IMG/VR virus record: IMGVR_UViG_2887198475_000002
DNA from: a virus
Lineage: Duplodnaviria > Caudoviricetes
Strand: one strand, 5' to 3'
DNA: 64,000 nt
Part shown: piece by piece, positions 1 through 8,911 of the stretch
How the letters are laid out: every line of letters begins with the position of its first letter
Position numbering within the stretch: the stretch's first letter is position 1
Notes under the pieces: generated by a model
The model's input: only the letters and a program-made list of their open reading frames with translations
Databases searched by the model: none
Told to the model about the DNA's origin: nothing
Translations under genes and position numbers: made by a program

Positions 1-828
1 GCCGGTGGCGCGCTCGCCAATCGCAAGGCCGGAGGCCGGGCTGTTCAGCCAGTCCACCACGGCCTGCAAGTCCCCCTTGACGGTGAACGAGGCGGTTTTC
101 ACGTCCTGGGCGGTCACGAAGTCCAGGGCGGACGCCGCGCGAAGCAGCTCGGAGCCGGAAGCAGGCGTTGCGGAGAAGCCGGCGACGGCGTTGATGCGGT
201 CGCAGACCTCCTGAATGGTCGGGAAGTCCTCGAAGGCGATCGTCGCGCGGACCGCGGCCGTGCCGGCGTCGGCGCCCGACTTGAGGACAACGTTCGCGCC
301 CGCCACAGTGATGTTCGCCACCGCATCAGCGCCGGTGTAGTGGACGCTGAAGGCGTTCCGCGCGAGGTTGTCGCCAACGCTGTATTCGTTGCCGGCCTGC
401 ACGGTGATCTTCTTGCCGCGCAGGGTGCCGGCCTCGACCTTCGCGCGAATGGTGTTGGCCGGGATGCCATAGAGCTTCGAGCGCAGCACGATGGAATCGG
501 CCGCCGAGCCATCCTTGAGGGTCAGGCTGGAACGGGTCGCCTGACCGACGCGGATCAGCGTCAGGGTGCGCGGCCCGCCCGTGGCAGAGCTGGGGCCGAA
601 CGCCTTGCGGGCGGCAACCAGCAATTCGCCACCGCGCACCTTGCGCTTGGCGTCCTCGGGGGACTGGACCCGGATGGGCACGTTCGGCTGGCCGCCATCG
701 GCGCGGCCGACAATGACCATGTCATTGCCAACCGCGGGGTTCCGCGGCGACATGTCCTCGTCATTGACCTGGGAGAACGTGCCCGGCGTATAGTGCAGAA
801 TGCCGTTGAAAAAGACACTGGAAGCCAC
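1..828 (-). CDS. Tail sheath protein, N-terminal part (runs off window start)
   Basis: Own translation from GTG at 828 after an AGGAG SD: MASSVFFNGILHYTPG...IVGRADGGQPN...AKRKVRGGELL, resembling SPO1/Twort-like sheath N-termini; follows neck genes. Confidence 0.8.
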   Translation of the reverse strand, partial: MASSVFFNGILHYTPGTFSQVNDEDMSPRNPAVGNDMVIVGRADGGQPNVPIRVQSPEDAKRKVRGGELLVAARKAFGPSSATGGPRTLTLIRVGQATRSSLTLKDGSAADSIVLRSKLYGIPANTIRAKVEAGTLRGKKITVQAGNEYSVGDNLARNAFSVHYTGADAVANITVAGANVVLKSGADAGTAAVRATIAFEDFPTIQEVCDRINAVAGFSATPASGSELLRAASALDFVTAQDVKTASFTVKGDLQAVVDWLNSPASGLAIGERATG

Positions 829-866
829 GGAGTTGCGCTCCTGCGTTCAGAGTTGCGATCAGGCGA

Positions 867-1160
867 TCAGGCGGTCGGGCGACGCCGGAAGCCGACGAAC
901 CGGGCGCGATAGGCGGCTTCCGTGTCGCGGAGGCGTCCCGCGGCCTTCTCTTCGGCGTGGAAGGCAGAGACGAGCGTTGCAGAGCGGATGCCCTGCGAGA
1001 TCGCTGCTGCGGCTTCCTCAAGGGAGACAAGCGGCGCTTCATCGGCTACGGGAGCCGGCGCCGGACCGGCCGTGGTCGGCTTCGCCTTGGGCGCCGGGGC
1101 ATCGGACGCTGCGGCGGTTTCTTCCGCCGCAGCCGCGGCAGGAGTTGGGTTCTTAGCCAT
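867..1160 (-). CDS. Small Ala-rich virion-module protein
   Basis: ATG 1160 with GGAGAG SD; between neck gene and sheath. Confidence 0.65.
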   Translation of the reverse strand: MAKNPTPAAAAAEETAAASDAPAPKAKPTTAGPAPAPVADEAPLVSLEEAAAAISQGIRSATLVSAFHAEEKAAGRLRDTEAAYRARFVGFRRRPTA

Positions 1161-2028
1161 TGCCTTCGTTGCTCTCCTGAGAAGGGAAGAAAGCGGACGC
1201 GGACACTTCCACGTCCCTGATCGGCCCCACGCGATGCGACGCATAGGACGGCGCGATGCACGAGAACTGCCCCACCGACATGAACAGAATCGCGTTGCTG
1301 TTCTTCGGCCCTTCGTCCTCGTGGTCGGACAGCGAGAACTCGACTTGATCCAGGCCCGCGGCCTTGAAAACAGGCAGGTTCGCGATGACGATGCGCTTGA
1401 TGGCGCGGCGCAACGCGATGCGCTCGTCCCCGTTCAAGGAGACGGCGACGACGCGCAGCACCACGCGCGAGAGCCAGCCTTCGCCATCGTCCCAGCCCAC
1501 GCCCTCGATCACCTCGCCGTCGCCGAACGACTCCCCGATGCCGCGGTAGGCGGGCAGGTCGCTTTCGAGGTGGACGGACACGCAGGGAAAGGTGACGTGC
1601 TCGACCATCGCGAAGGGCGCGGTCACGACCTGAATCTTGCCGGACTGCGGCAGCAGCGCCCCGCGCTGCACTTCGGTCTTGAGCCCCGCTTCGAGCCGGT
1701 CGCGAAGGACCGTCTGCGGGTCCGCATCGTCGCCGGCATAGGACGCCTGGGGCACCCCCTGGCCTTCGTCATGGCCGATCCAGGCGCCGGTGCGGCCCCG
1801 GTAATAGACGCGGTAGTGGTAGGTCGCCCCGTTGGACAGCCCCTTGGCGTCCATCACCACGTTCGCGTCGGTCCGGTCCACGACCATGGCCGCCCCGGGA
1901 TCGTCCGGCCCGGTGAAGGCCGCCGGGTTCGTGCGACGAAGCACGCGCCAGCTCGTCGCCTCGTTCGGAGGCGTGAGATAGAGGCGCAGCGCGCCGCCGG
2001 CCATGAGTGTTTCGATGTACGAAATCAT
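1153..2028 (-). CDS. Putative tail completion/terminator (neck) protein
   Basis: 291 aa; FPCVSVHLESD segment; position upstream of sheath; preceded by late motif. Confidence 0.6.
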   Translation of the reverse strand: MISYIETLMAGGALRLYLTPPNEATSWRVLRRTNPAAFTGPDDPGAAMVVDRTDANVVMDAKGLSNGATYHYRVYYRGRTGAWIGHDEGQGVPQASYAGDDADPQTVLRDRLEAGLKTEVQRGALLPQSGKIQVVTAPFAMVEHVTFPCVSVHLESDLPAYRGIGESFGDGEVIEGVGWDDGEGWLSRVVLRVVAVSLNGDERIALRRAIKRIVIANLPVFKAAGLDQVEFSLSDHEDEGPKNSNAILFMSVGQFSCIAPSYASHRVGPIRDVEVSASAFFPSQESNEGNG

Positions 2029-2042
2029 CGTCCGCAGCTTTC

Positions 2043-2051
2043 CGTCACGAC
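2043..2051 (-). promoter_or_regulatory. Late-promoter motif GTCGTGACG (one of 10 copies: 2043, 4897, 9860, 10195, 19305, 43338, 49183, 49378, 62269, 63874)
   Basis: Always on the coding strand, upstream of the adjacent gene. Confidence 0.8.
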
Positions 2052-2067
2052 CTGCCCCGCGGAGGCC

Positions 2068-2964
2068 CTATTCGGAGCCAGATCCCAGGTGGCGCCGCAT
2101 GTCGCGCGCGACGGCGGCCGCGAATGCCTTCTCGGCGTCGGGCTGGATCTCCTGGGCCGTGGTCCGCGCCGGGTGCAGCCCCGGCCGGGCGGGCGCCTGC
2201 CAGCCAGAACTCCACTCGCCCATGACCCTGAACGTCAGGCTCTTGCTGTGCGAGCTGCCGCCGCGGCCGCCGGGCTTCCTGAACTGGACCATCCCCTCCA
2301 TGCGGCGGGCCGCCTGCCCGGTCACGCCCAGGGACGCCAGCGTGTCCTTGTCCAGCCGCGTGCCCCATTGGTAATCGCGCTGGCGGACCTGCACGACCTG
2401 CCCGCGCTCCGTGCGCCAGCTCTGCCCGCCGCCGCTGCGCCAGCCGATCGCCCCGGTGCCTGAATCGCGCCAGCCCAGCCCCGTGACCTGGGACGGCTTC
2501 TGGCTATGCCACCAGTTCTGTACCGCCTCCGGCATCTCGTGCCGGCCGGCTGCCGCGACCGTCCCCTCTCCGAACCACCGGAACGGGATGATCAGATACC
2601 GCTGCCCCTTGTGCGCCCCGTTCTGCACCACCCGGGTCTTGAGCGAGCTGCCCAGGATGCGCTTCATGTCCCGGGCCGGGGCGCCCTCCTCGATCGCCCA
2701 GGCGTAGGCTAAATCGCTGTAGACCTCGGCGCCGAAAGGCCCCGTCTGCTGCAACTGGATGCTGCGCAGGTAGGTGCCAGAGCGCGGCTCGATCGTGCCG
2801 CCGCCGGGCAGCGGCGCCCCGGAGGCATAGTCCTGCCACTTCGCATGCGCCGCTTCCGAGACGGCCCGCACCGCCTGGGCCAGCGACGGGAACAGCTCCG
2901 CGGTCAGGGGCGACCTGTCCGAGATCAGGTGCCCCATGTCCACGCTGATCCGAAAGCCGGTCAT
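2068..2964 (-). CDS. Putative neck/tail-completion protein (HK97 gp10-like)
   Basis: RSGTYLRSI...YAWAIEEG and YLIIPFR motifs; synteny. Confidence 0.55.
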   Translation of the reverse strand: MTGFRISVDMGHLISDRSPLTAELFPSLAQAVRAVSEAAHAKWQDYASGAPLPGGGTIEPRSGTYLRSIQLQQTGPFGAEVYSDLAYAWAIEEGAPARDMKRILGSSLKTRVVQNGAHKGQRYLIIPFRWFGEGTVAAAGRHEMPEAVQNWWHSQKPSQVTGLGWRDSGTGAIGWRSGGGQSWRTERGQVVQVRQRDYQWGTRLDKDTLASLGVTGQAARRMEGMVQFRKPGGRGGSSHSKSLTFRVMGEWSSGWQAPARPGLHPARTTAQEIQPDAEKAFAAAVARDMRRHLGSGSE

Positions 2965-3623
2965 GTGCGCGGACCGATGTTGCCGAACAACTGGAAGCGC
3001 CGGGCCGCCACGCGCCGGGGCAGCGGCAGGCCGCCATGGTGCGCTCTGTCCTGCGGCAGCTCGATCAGCAGAAAATACTCAGGGCGGCGCCGGCCGACGA
3101 TGCTGAACTGCTGTCCCGGCTCCGGCGCGTTGGCGCCGGCGGCCCAGGAGAGCGTGCCATCCGGAGCTGCGACGGGGGCGTCCCCCTCCACGATCGCATC
3201 CCCGGCCCCGAGCCAGAAGCAGCGGTCAATCTGCACTACCAGCCCGTCGCGCACGCATGCCGGCGCGTCCGTGCCATCGTGCGTCAGCACGAGCTGGAAC
3301 GGCTCAGACGAGTCCATCATCAGGATTCGATCATGCTCGCCGGCGGCGAACAGAGGCGAGGCCCCGGGGATCGTCAGCACCACATCGCCAGATTCCCAGC
3401 GCCCGAACGCCGCATACTCCCGGGCCAGCTTCATGCCGGAGAGGCCGGTCCATGCGGGGATGGGATCGCCCCATATCGTGCCAAGGCCGCGGCAGCGCAG
3501 GCAGCCGTAGCGCCCCTGCCCCGTGTTCGGGTCGCGGCAGGGGCACGGCGCGGCGCGGCGCCAGGACACACGCTGCCCCAGATCGCGGAGCATCCGGTCG
3601 AATCTGGCCGGAGACAGCCGCAT
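2961..3623 (-). CDS. Putative head-closure protein
   Basis: CPC...CxxCxGxG motif typical of SPO1-like neck proteins; ATGA-coupled to the next gene. Confidence 0.6.
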   Translation of the reverse strand: MRLSPARFDRMLRDLGQRVSWRRAAPCPCRDPNTGQGRYGCLRCRGLGTIWGDPIPAWTGLSGMKLAREYAAFGRWESGDVVLTIPGASPLFAAGEHDRILMMDSSEPFQLVLTHDGTDAPACVRDGLVVQIDRCFWLGAGDAIVEGDAPVAAPDGTLSWAAGANAPEPGQQFSIVGRRRPEYFLLIELPQDRAHHGGLPLPRRVAARRFQLFGNIGPRT

Positions 3624-3624
3624 G

Positions 3625-4401
3625 CTACAGCCTGCCCATCACAACGCCGCCGATCAACTGCCGGAGGCGGGCCAGCTTCTTCTCGATGATGTCCTCGTAT
3701 TTCGAGGTGTCCATCGACAGGGACTGTGAAAGGCCGTCCGCGGAGACGGAACCGGAAGCCGGGAAGAACTGATCCTCGACCACGCCCAACACCGCCATCT
3801 TCTTGACCACGTCCAGCAGGTCGGGATGCTCCTCCGCCGCATTCTTCAAGCCGGCTCGGTAGCGGACCTGAATGGAGAGGGGCATGGCGGAGGCAAAGCC
3901 GATCGCGGACAACACGAACCCGCCGAGCTGACCCTGCATGTAGGTCCCGACCGGCACGAACTGCGCCACACCGTATTTTCGATCGAGCCGTAGCCATTGC
4001 ACCGGCACGTCGAAAATCGGGTTTTCGGTGCCCGGGTAGACGAACTTGAGGCCATGGACCTTGATGACTGGCCGATGGCGGAGCCGCAGAGCACCCCAGG
4101 TCCCGGCGGAAAACAGGGCCGGGTCGAAGTCATAGCCGGGCTCCGGGACAACCGCTTCCCCGGCGTCGCGGAGCGCCTGGATCTCGGCCTCCGGCGTGTC
4201 CTGCGGCACCACTTCCCGCGGTGTCAGAAAGGTGCGCAGCGCCTTAGACGCCTGGGCTTCGGCCGACAGGAGCTTGCCCCACAGGTAGTCATCGCTGGTT
4301 TCCACGTCGGGGAACAGGTTCTGCGAGACAGCCAGCAGACGGTCCCGCCGCATCTCGGCGAGGACCACAGCCCGGTCCGCAAAGAGCGTTAGGACCGGCA
4401 T
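3625..4401 (-). CDS. Putative head-tail adaptor
   Basis: YRAGL...SVSADGLSQSLS C-terminal motif of myovirus adaptors. Confidence 0.65.
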   Translation of the reverse strand: MPVLTLFADRAVVLAEMRRDRLLAVSQNLFPDVETSDDYLWGKLLSAEAQASKALRTFLTPREVVPQDTPEAEIQALRDAGEAVVPEPGYDFDPALFSAGTWGALRLRHRPVIKVHGLKFVYPGTENPIFDVPVQWLRLDRKYGVAQFVPVGTYMQGQLGGFVLSAIGFASAMPLSIQVRYRAGLKNAAEEHPDLLDVVKKMAVLGVVEDQFFPASGSVSADGLSQSLSMDTSKYEDIIEKKLARLRQLIGGVVMGRL

Positions 4402-4839
4402 TTAGTTGTCGATCTGGATGCTGATCTGTCCGGCCAGGAACTGCGGCGCGGCATCGCCGGAGTTGACCGTTTTCGAGGTGGTGAGCGCGCCATACCAATG
4501 CAGATTGCCGCCGGTCGCCGCGTCCCAGACGCCCCAATGCGTGATGTTGCCCCAATTGGCCGTGGGGACGGCGAAGTTCACAGCGATGGCGTTGGTGGTG
4601 GTGCCGTTGGTGCCGGAGCTGTTGCCGGAGGTCGAGCCGTGGGTGCCGTTCCAGCTCGCCGTGGCGCGGGAGACGGACACGCGGGCATATCCGGCGCCCG
4701 TGACCTCGGTGCCGGGGCCAGTATCGGAGGGAGCCGCCGTCATGAGGCCGATGTAGAGATTCGTCGGCAACGTCGGCGCGACGCCGCGGAAATAGTAGTC
4801 GATGAGGATGTTTTCGAGGGTATCGGTCATGGCCGTCAT
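4402..4839 (-). CDS. Virion structural (fibre-like) protein
   Basis: LYIGLMTAAP..EVTGAGYARV..WGNITHWGVWDAATGGN, a common phage structural domain. Confidence 0.75.
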   Translation of the reverse strand: MTAMTDTLENILIDYYFRGVAPTLPTNLYIGLMTAAPSDTGPGTEVTGAGYARVSVSRATASWNGTHGSTSGNSSGTNGTTTNAIAVNFAVPTANWGNITHWGVWDAATGGNLHWYGALTTSKTVNSGDAAPQFLAGQISIQIDN

Positions 4840-5190
4840 AGGCGGAATCCCCTGATTGCGCCGGGACTTCCCCGCCGCGCTGCCGGTTCAGGATTCCGTC
4901 ACGACCAACAGAAAGGTCGCGCCATAGCCACGGAAGCTGGGCTCACGTTAAGTGAAACAAAATAGGAATAAATGCTGGTTTGCTGTTGGTCATCGTGAAC
5001 CACGCATACTTTATAACGTTAATTATCGATGTATGTGGATGTCCTACTCGCAATGTTTCAATCCAAAATTTTGACTTCGATATAGAAAATAATTTTGTTG
5101 GCGACACAAGCGCTGCGCATGGCTATAATTTTAATCTGCAATGTTGCAAAAATACTAGTAATACAGCATACAAATCTACAAGGCATAACA

Positions 5191-5628
5191 ATGCGAGATA
5201 AATATATATTAATAAGTGATACAGAATTTGGTTTAAACCCTGCACGTAAATGCAAAACAACTTTTGTTGCTTTTAGCATTTACATTATTTCGTGTTTTTT
5301 AAGTTTAAATGGCATGGCTCAAACGGCGGATGAACGCTGGTTTGCTATAGGAATTTTGAGAGGTGCATCAAAAGTTCTAGGACCATTCAAGGCTTTGGAC
5401 GATTGTGAGACGTCACGAAAAGCTGAGGCGGCAAAATTTTACAATCTTTATAAATCTTCTGCTCAGAAGATCCCCGCGATGGAAAAGCGGACTGTGAAAG
5501 CTGCGGGCGATGGACGAGCAGCGCTTCTAACTGCACGCGCTGAACTAGAAGATCTCATGGCCACTACGTCTGCCTATCAGGCCATTGCAACTCTTTGGGA
5601 TACAGGTGCAATCTGTGAGCGGCGCTGA
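5191..5628 (+). CDS. Low-GC hypothetical (moron), possibly exported
   Basis: AT-rich ORF opposite to structural genes; hydrophobic segment; start uncertain. Confidence 0.5.
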   Translation: MRDKYILISDTEFGLNPARKCKTTFVAFSIYIISCFLSLNGMAQTADERWFAIGILRGASKVLGPFKALDDCETSRKAEAAKFYNLYKSSAQKIPAMEKRTVKAAGDGRAALLTARAELEDLMATTSAYQAIATLWDTGAICERR

Positions 5629-5661
5629 TCCTAGCATGAGGAAGCGCCAGGGTTCGGCTTC

Positions 5662-6027
5662 ATGAAACCGTTGCATTGGATCATCATCGTTGGGGTGAGC
5701 GCTTTCTTGCCGACTAACGTTCAGGCGGCGAAAGAAGTAAATAATCACAAAATTATAGGCATGGGCAGCGTCAGTTGCATAAATTGGTTAATGTCAAGAA
5801 CAAAGAAAACCGAAATTATAGCTCAATGGTCCGATCTTTCTGAGCAATGGGTGTTAGGCTATATTTCTGGAATAGGATGGACAGAAAAATTTGGTGATCC
5901 TTTAGCTAAAGTAAATGCTAACGATGTTTGGAATTGGATCGACCATTACTGCACAAATCATTTTGATAGCAAATTAAGTGATGCAGCAAACGAGTTCATT
6001 TTTAAGCACGCAACACAGAATCGATAA
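5662..6027 (+). CDS. Low-GC secreted small protein (two Cys)
   Basis: Signal peptide; GxxSC..WVLGY..YC pattern. Confidence 0.65.
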   Translation: MKPLHWIIIVGVSAFLPTNVQAAKEVNNHKIIGMGSVSCINWLMSRTKKTEIIAQWSDLSEQWVLGYISGIGWTEKFGDPLAKVNANDVWNWIDHYCTNHFDSKLSDAANEFIFKHATQNR

Positions 6028-6145
6028 CATTTCCTTCTCCGTGATGGATGCTGTCAGTTCGTCGGCTTATGGTGGGACCAGCATCCGTTTTATGGCGAGA
6101 TCCCAAAGGGGCCTGGGGAAGGGCGCCCCAGGCCAAGCAACCAAA

Positions 6146-6433
6146 TCAGGCTGTTGGGACCTCTTTGGCGTGGGCCTTGCCTCCGCGCCGAGCCTTGCCA
6201 TCCGCCACGGCCTCGCTGTCGCTGGCCGGGGCCGGGGCCGGTGGCGGGGCAGGCTCCGGCTCGGGTTCGTCCAGGGAGACGATCTGAAAGCCAGGGATGC
6301 CACCGAACAACAGCTCCGCGCGCTCCTGCGGAAGCTCCTCGGAAATCATCGCGCCCCGATCGCGGACGAACTTTACGTCGCTGATCGTCTCGGCCGCGTG
6401 CGGCAGAGTGCAGATCACTCGCGCCGCGGTCAT
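6146..6433 (-). CDS. Small capsid-module protein
   Basis: Coupled to 6430-6666; downstream of MCP. Confidence 0.6.
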   Translation of the reverse strand: MTAARVICTLPHAAETISDVKFVRDRGAMISEELPQERAELLFGGIPGFQIVSLDEPEPEPAPPPAPAPASDSEAVADGKARRGGKAHAKEVPTA

Positions 6434-6666
6434 GCGTTCTTCCGATCCTCCGGCAGCTTCACGGCGGCCGGCAGCGCCAGGGTCGAGACATAGTCGGTTG
6501 CCCCAACACCGGAATCTCCGTCCAGCTTCGCCAGCAGGGCCGCGATCACGGCGCGCTGGGCGTTGACGGTGGTGATCAGGTCATAGACCACATCGCCCAG
6601 GGAGGCGGCATGAGCCGCCGGGTGGGAGTTGTTCAGCTCCGCGCGCAAGCTGCGTCGGCGTGGCAT
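6430..6666 (-). CDS. Small capsid-associated (decoration-like) protein
   Basis: ALLAKLDGDSGV motif; directly after MCP. Confidence 0.6.
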   Translation of the reverse strand: MPRRRSLRAELNNSHPAAHAASLGDVVYDLITTVNAQRAVIAALLAKLDGDSGVGATDYVSTLALPAAVKLPEDRKNA

Positions 6667-6728
6667 CGTTCGTTCATCCTTTCAGCGTGAGGGGGAGGCC
6701 GGCGACCTCCCCCTTACCGATCCGCAGC

Positions 6729-8189
6729 TCACTCGTCCGCGAACGGACGCCACACCTGATTGCGGGTCACGATGTTCCGCACCATCACATGCTGCTTGCG
6801 CTTCGACATCCGGAGGAAGCCGAAATACATCTGCGCCCAGGGGATGATCGGGCTGTCGGTGGGGTAGAGCTGCCACTTCAGCATCGGCATGAGCTGACGG
6901 AACGTGATCGCCGTGTCGCCGGGCGACAGGTTCAGCACGTAGGCTTCCTGGCTCCCCGGGACGATCCGGTTCACGTCCTCGAACGTGGTGGTCGCACCCA
7001 CGCGCGGGATGCGGCAGACCTCGCGCAGATCGGCGACGGCAGCCGGGCCATTCTGGCGGCCGCGGTAGATCACGTAGCCGGTTTCCTGGCCGGCCGCAGA
7101 TGCGGCGATGGTCAGGACCACCTTCTTGCCGGCGGCGACAGCAATCTGCCCCGTCAGGCTGACGGTCGAAGCCCCCTTCTCGCTCACGCCGGCCACCCCG
7201 TAGACGTAGGTGCCGGCGCGGGCGGTGGTGAACTTAGAGTCCGCGGCGTTGCCCGTGGCGTCCGTGGTCACGCTGGTCGGGGTCATGCCGGCATTGGCGG
7301 CAGCGATGGCCGGCTTGATGAGCTGGAAGGCCCGCTTCATGCCCTCGTGGCGGATGAACACGTCCTGATTGGTCGCGATGTTGCCGTTGGACGTGCGGAT
7401 GCCCACCACCGGCGCGCCGATCTTCGCGCCCGTATCACCAACGTTCGAGAGCGGCACGCGATAGGCCGGATCCAACCTGTTGTCGAAATCCTGCTGTGTC
7501 GCCTGATTCATGAACAGATCGGTCGCGGTGCCGAACTGGCCGTAGCCGGCGATGTGCGCGGCGGCGGCATTCAGCTCGTGCTGGCTTTCCAGCGGCTTGC
7601 CGTCCATGTCGATGATGTTCTCGGGCGGCACGCGGCCGCTCGCGACCCCAGCGAGGAGCTGGGCCTTGATGCCAGAAAACTCAGTTGGGACAACCCCATC
7701 GTCCCCCTCGAACAGCAGGTATTCGAGATCGGAGAGGAGCTGCTTCGCGCCGTTGCTGTATTCGGTCGCCTCCGCGTCCGCGATGGCCTTCTGCAAGGTC
7801 ACGACCAGCGAAACCTGCCGGCGGGCCATGAGAAACTTGACCATCCCGACCATGCGCTGATAGGCGCCGGTCGCGTCACGGATCACGCCCGTTTCCGTGT
7901 TGGTCGAGCCGCCCAGGAAGCCGCCGATGTCGTCCTGCTCGGTCCATTCGTCCACGGTGCCCAAGGGCTTGGTCTTGGGCAGGCGGTTGAACAGCACGAA
8001 ATGCTTGTTGGTTTGCAGGGCGACCTGCATGACGGGGTCCAGCGACTGCACTCGGAGCGCAGCGCCGCCGGTCAACTCCGGCGCATTGGTTCCGTAGCCA
8101 GCGGTCAGGGCTTTCTGTAGCGCCTCAACATCAGCCTGCGCCATTGCGCCGGTGATGGCGCCCGACGCGAAGATTGCGGGATCGAGCAT
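6729..8189 (-). CDS. Major capsid protein (SPO1/Twort-like)
   Basis: 486 aa; LQKALTAGYGT..GGAALRVQSLD N-terminus; LFEGD..EFSGI. Confidence 0.9.
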   Translation of the reverse strand: MLDPAIFASGAITGAMAQADVEALQKALTAGYGTNAPELTGGAALRVQSLDPVMQVALQTNKHFVLFNRLPKTKPLGTVDEWTEQDDIGGFLGGSTNTETGVIRDATGAYQRMVGMVKFLMARRQVSLVVTLQKAIADAEATEYSNGAKQLLSDLEYLLFEGDDGVVPTEFSGIKAQLLAGVASGRVPPENIIDMDGKPLESQHELNAAAAHIAGYGQFGTATDLFMNQATQQDFDNRLDPAYRVPLSNVGDTGAKIGAPVVGIRTSNGNIATNQDVFIRHEGMKRAFQLIKPAIAAANAGMTPTSVTTDATGNAADSKFTTARAGTYVYGVAGVSEKGASTVSLTGQIAVAAGKKVVLTIAASAAGQETGYVIYRGRQNGPAAVADLREVCRIPRVGATTTFEDVNRIVPGSQEAYVLNLSPGDTAITFRQLMPMLKWQLYPTDSPIIPWAQMYFGFLRMSKRKQHVMVRNIVTRNQVWRPFADE

Positions 8190-8236
8190 CTGTCAGCCTG
8201 CTTTTGTGAGAGGTTGCGTTGCGCGGCGCCGGGCGG

Positions 8237-8911
8237 CTACGCGAACAGGTGCCGCAGCTCGTCGGGGATGCCGAGGCCGCGGGATTGATAGGTGAACACG
8301 CGATTGGCCGCGGTTGCGTCGATCTTGCCTTCGCTCAGGAGCGAGTGCGCCTTCGCCAGAATCGCCTCGCCGGAGGGGGCTTCCGTGCCAGTTGGCGTCG
8401 CCGGGCCGCGCTTCTCGTGGACCGTCAGCACCGCCTTGCGGCCGGAACCAGAGCCGGACAGCTTTGCGATGTCCGCTCGCATGGCCTTGATGAGCTTGCC
8501 CTGCTCCTGAATCGTGGTGAGCATCGGCTTCATCAGCCCGCCCAGGGTTTCGAGCGACTTCGCGAGCTGGGCGCCCTCACCTTCGCGGGCATCCATGCGG
8601 GTCATCAGCGCCTTGAGCATGGCGGTGCCGTCGAAGGCTTCCGCCTTCTCGCCATTGGCAAGCGTGACCTCGAAGGACTTGCCGAACGCTTCCCCGCCTT
8701 CGCCTTCGCCCTCGCCTTCACCCTCGCCCTCGCCGCCACCATCGGCAGCTCCGGCGCCGTCCCGGGCGGCGGCCTCGATCTTTTCGTCGGTCGCGGCATC
8801 GTCGCTGCCCGAATCCGGCAGGGCCTTGGCCAAGGTTTCGAGATCGGCCAGTAGCGCGGCAAAGCCGCCCTCGGCCTCCGCCGGAGCGCCGGCGGCGGTC
8901 TTTTCAGTCAT
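8237..8911 (-). CDS. Putative capsid scaffold
   Basis: Acidic/coiled-coil protein between protease and MCP; several LxK(A/S) sites; GE repeat. Confidence 0.7.
   Translation of the reverse strand: MTEKTAAGAPAEAEGGFAALLADLETLAKALPDSGSDDAATDEKIEAAARDGAGAADGGGEGEGEGEGEGEGGEAFGKSFEVTLANGEKAEAFDGTAMLKALMTRMDAREGEGAQLAKSLETLGGLMKPMLTTIQEQGKLIKAMRADIAKLSGSGSGRKAVLTVHEKRGPATPTGTEAPSGEAILAKAHSLLSEGKIDATAANRVFTYQSRGLGIPDELRHLFA

Noticed and set aside
1623-1631. GTCGTGACC copies inside CDSs (also near 7798-7806)
   Set aside because: Ninth base differs, no nAnnnT hexamer follows, and they are explained by Val-Val-Thr codons.
4840-4890. Hairpin in the leader of 4402-4839 as a riboswitch
   Set aside because: It could occlude the SD, but it is short, GC-rich and resembles no aptamer I recognise.
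8695-8735. TCGCC(C/T) hexamer tandem
   Set aside because: Encodes a Gly-Glu low-complexity linker in the scaffold.
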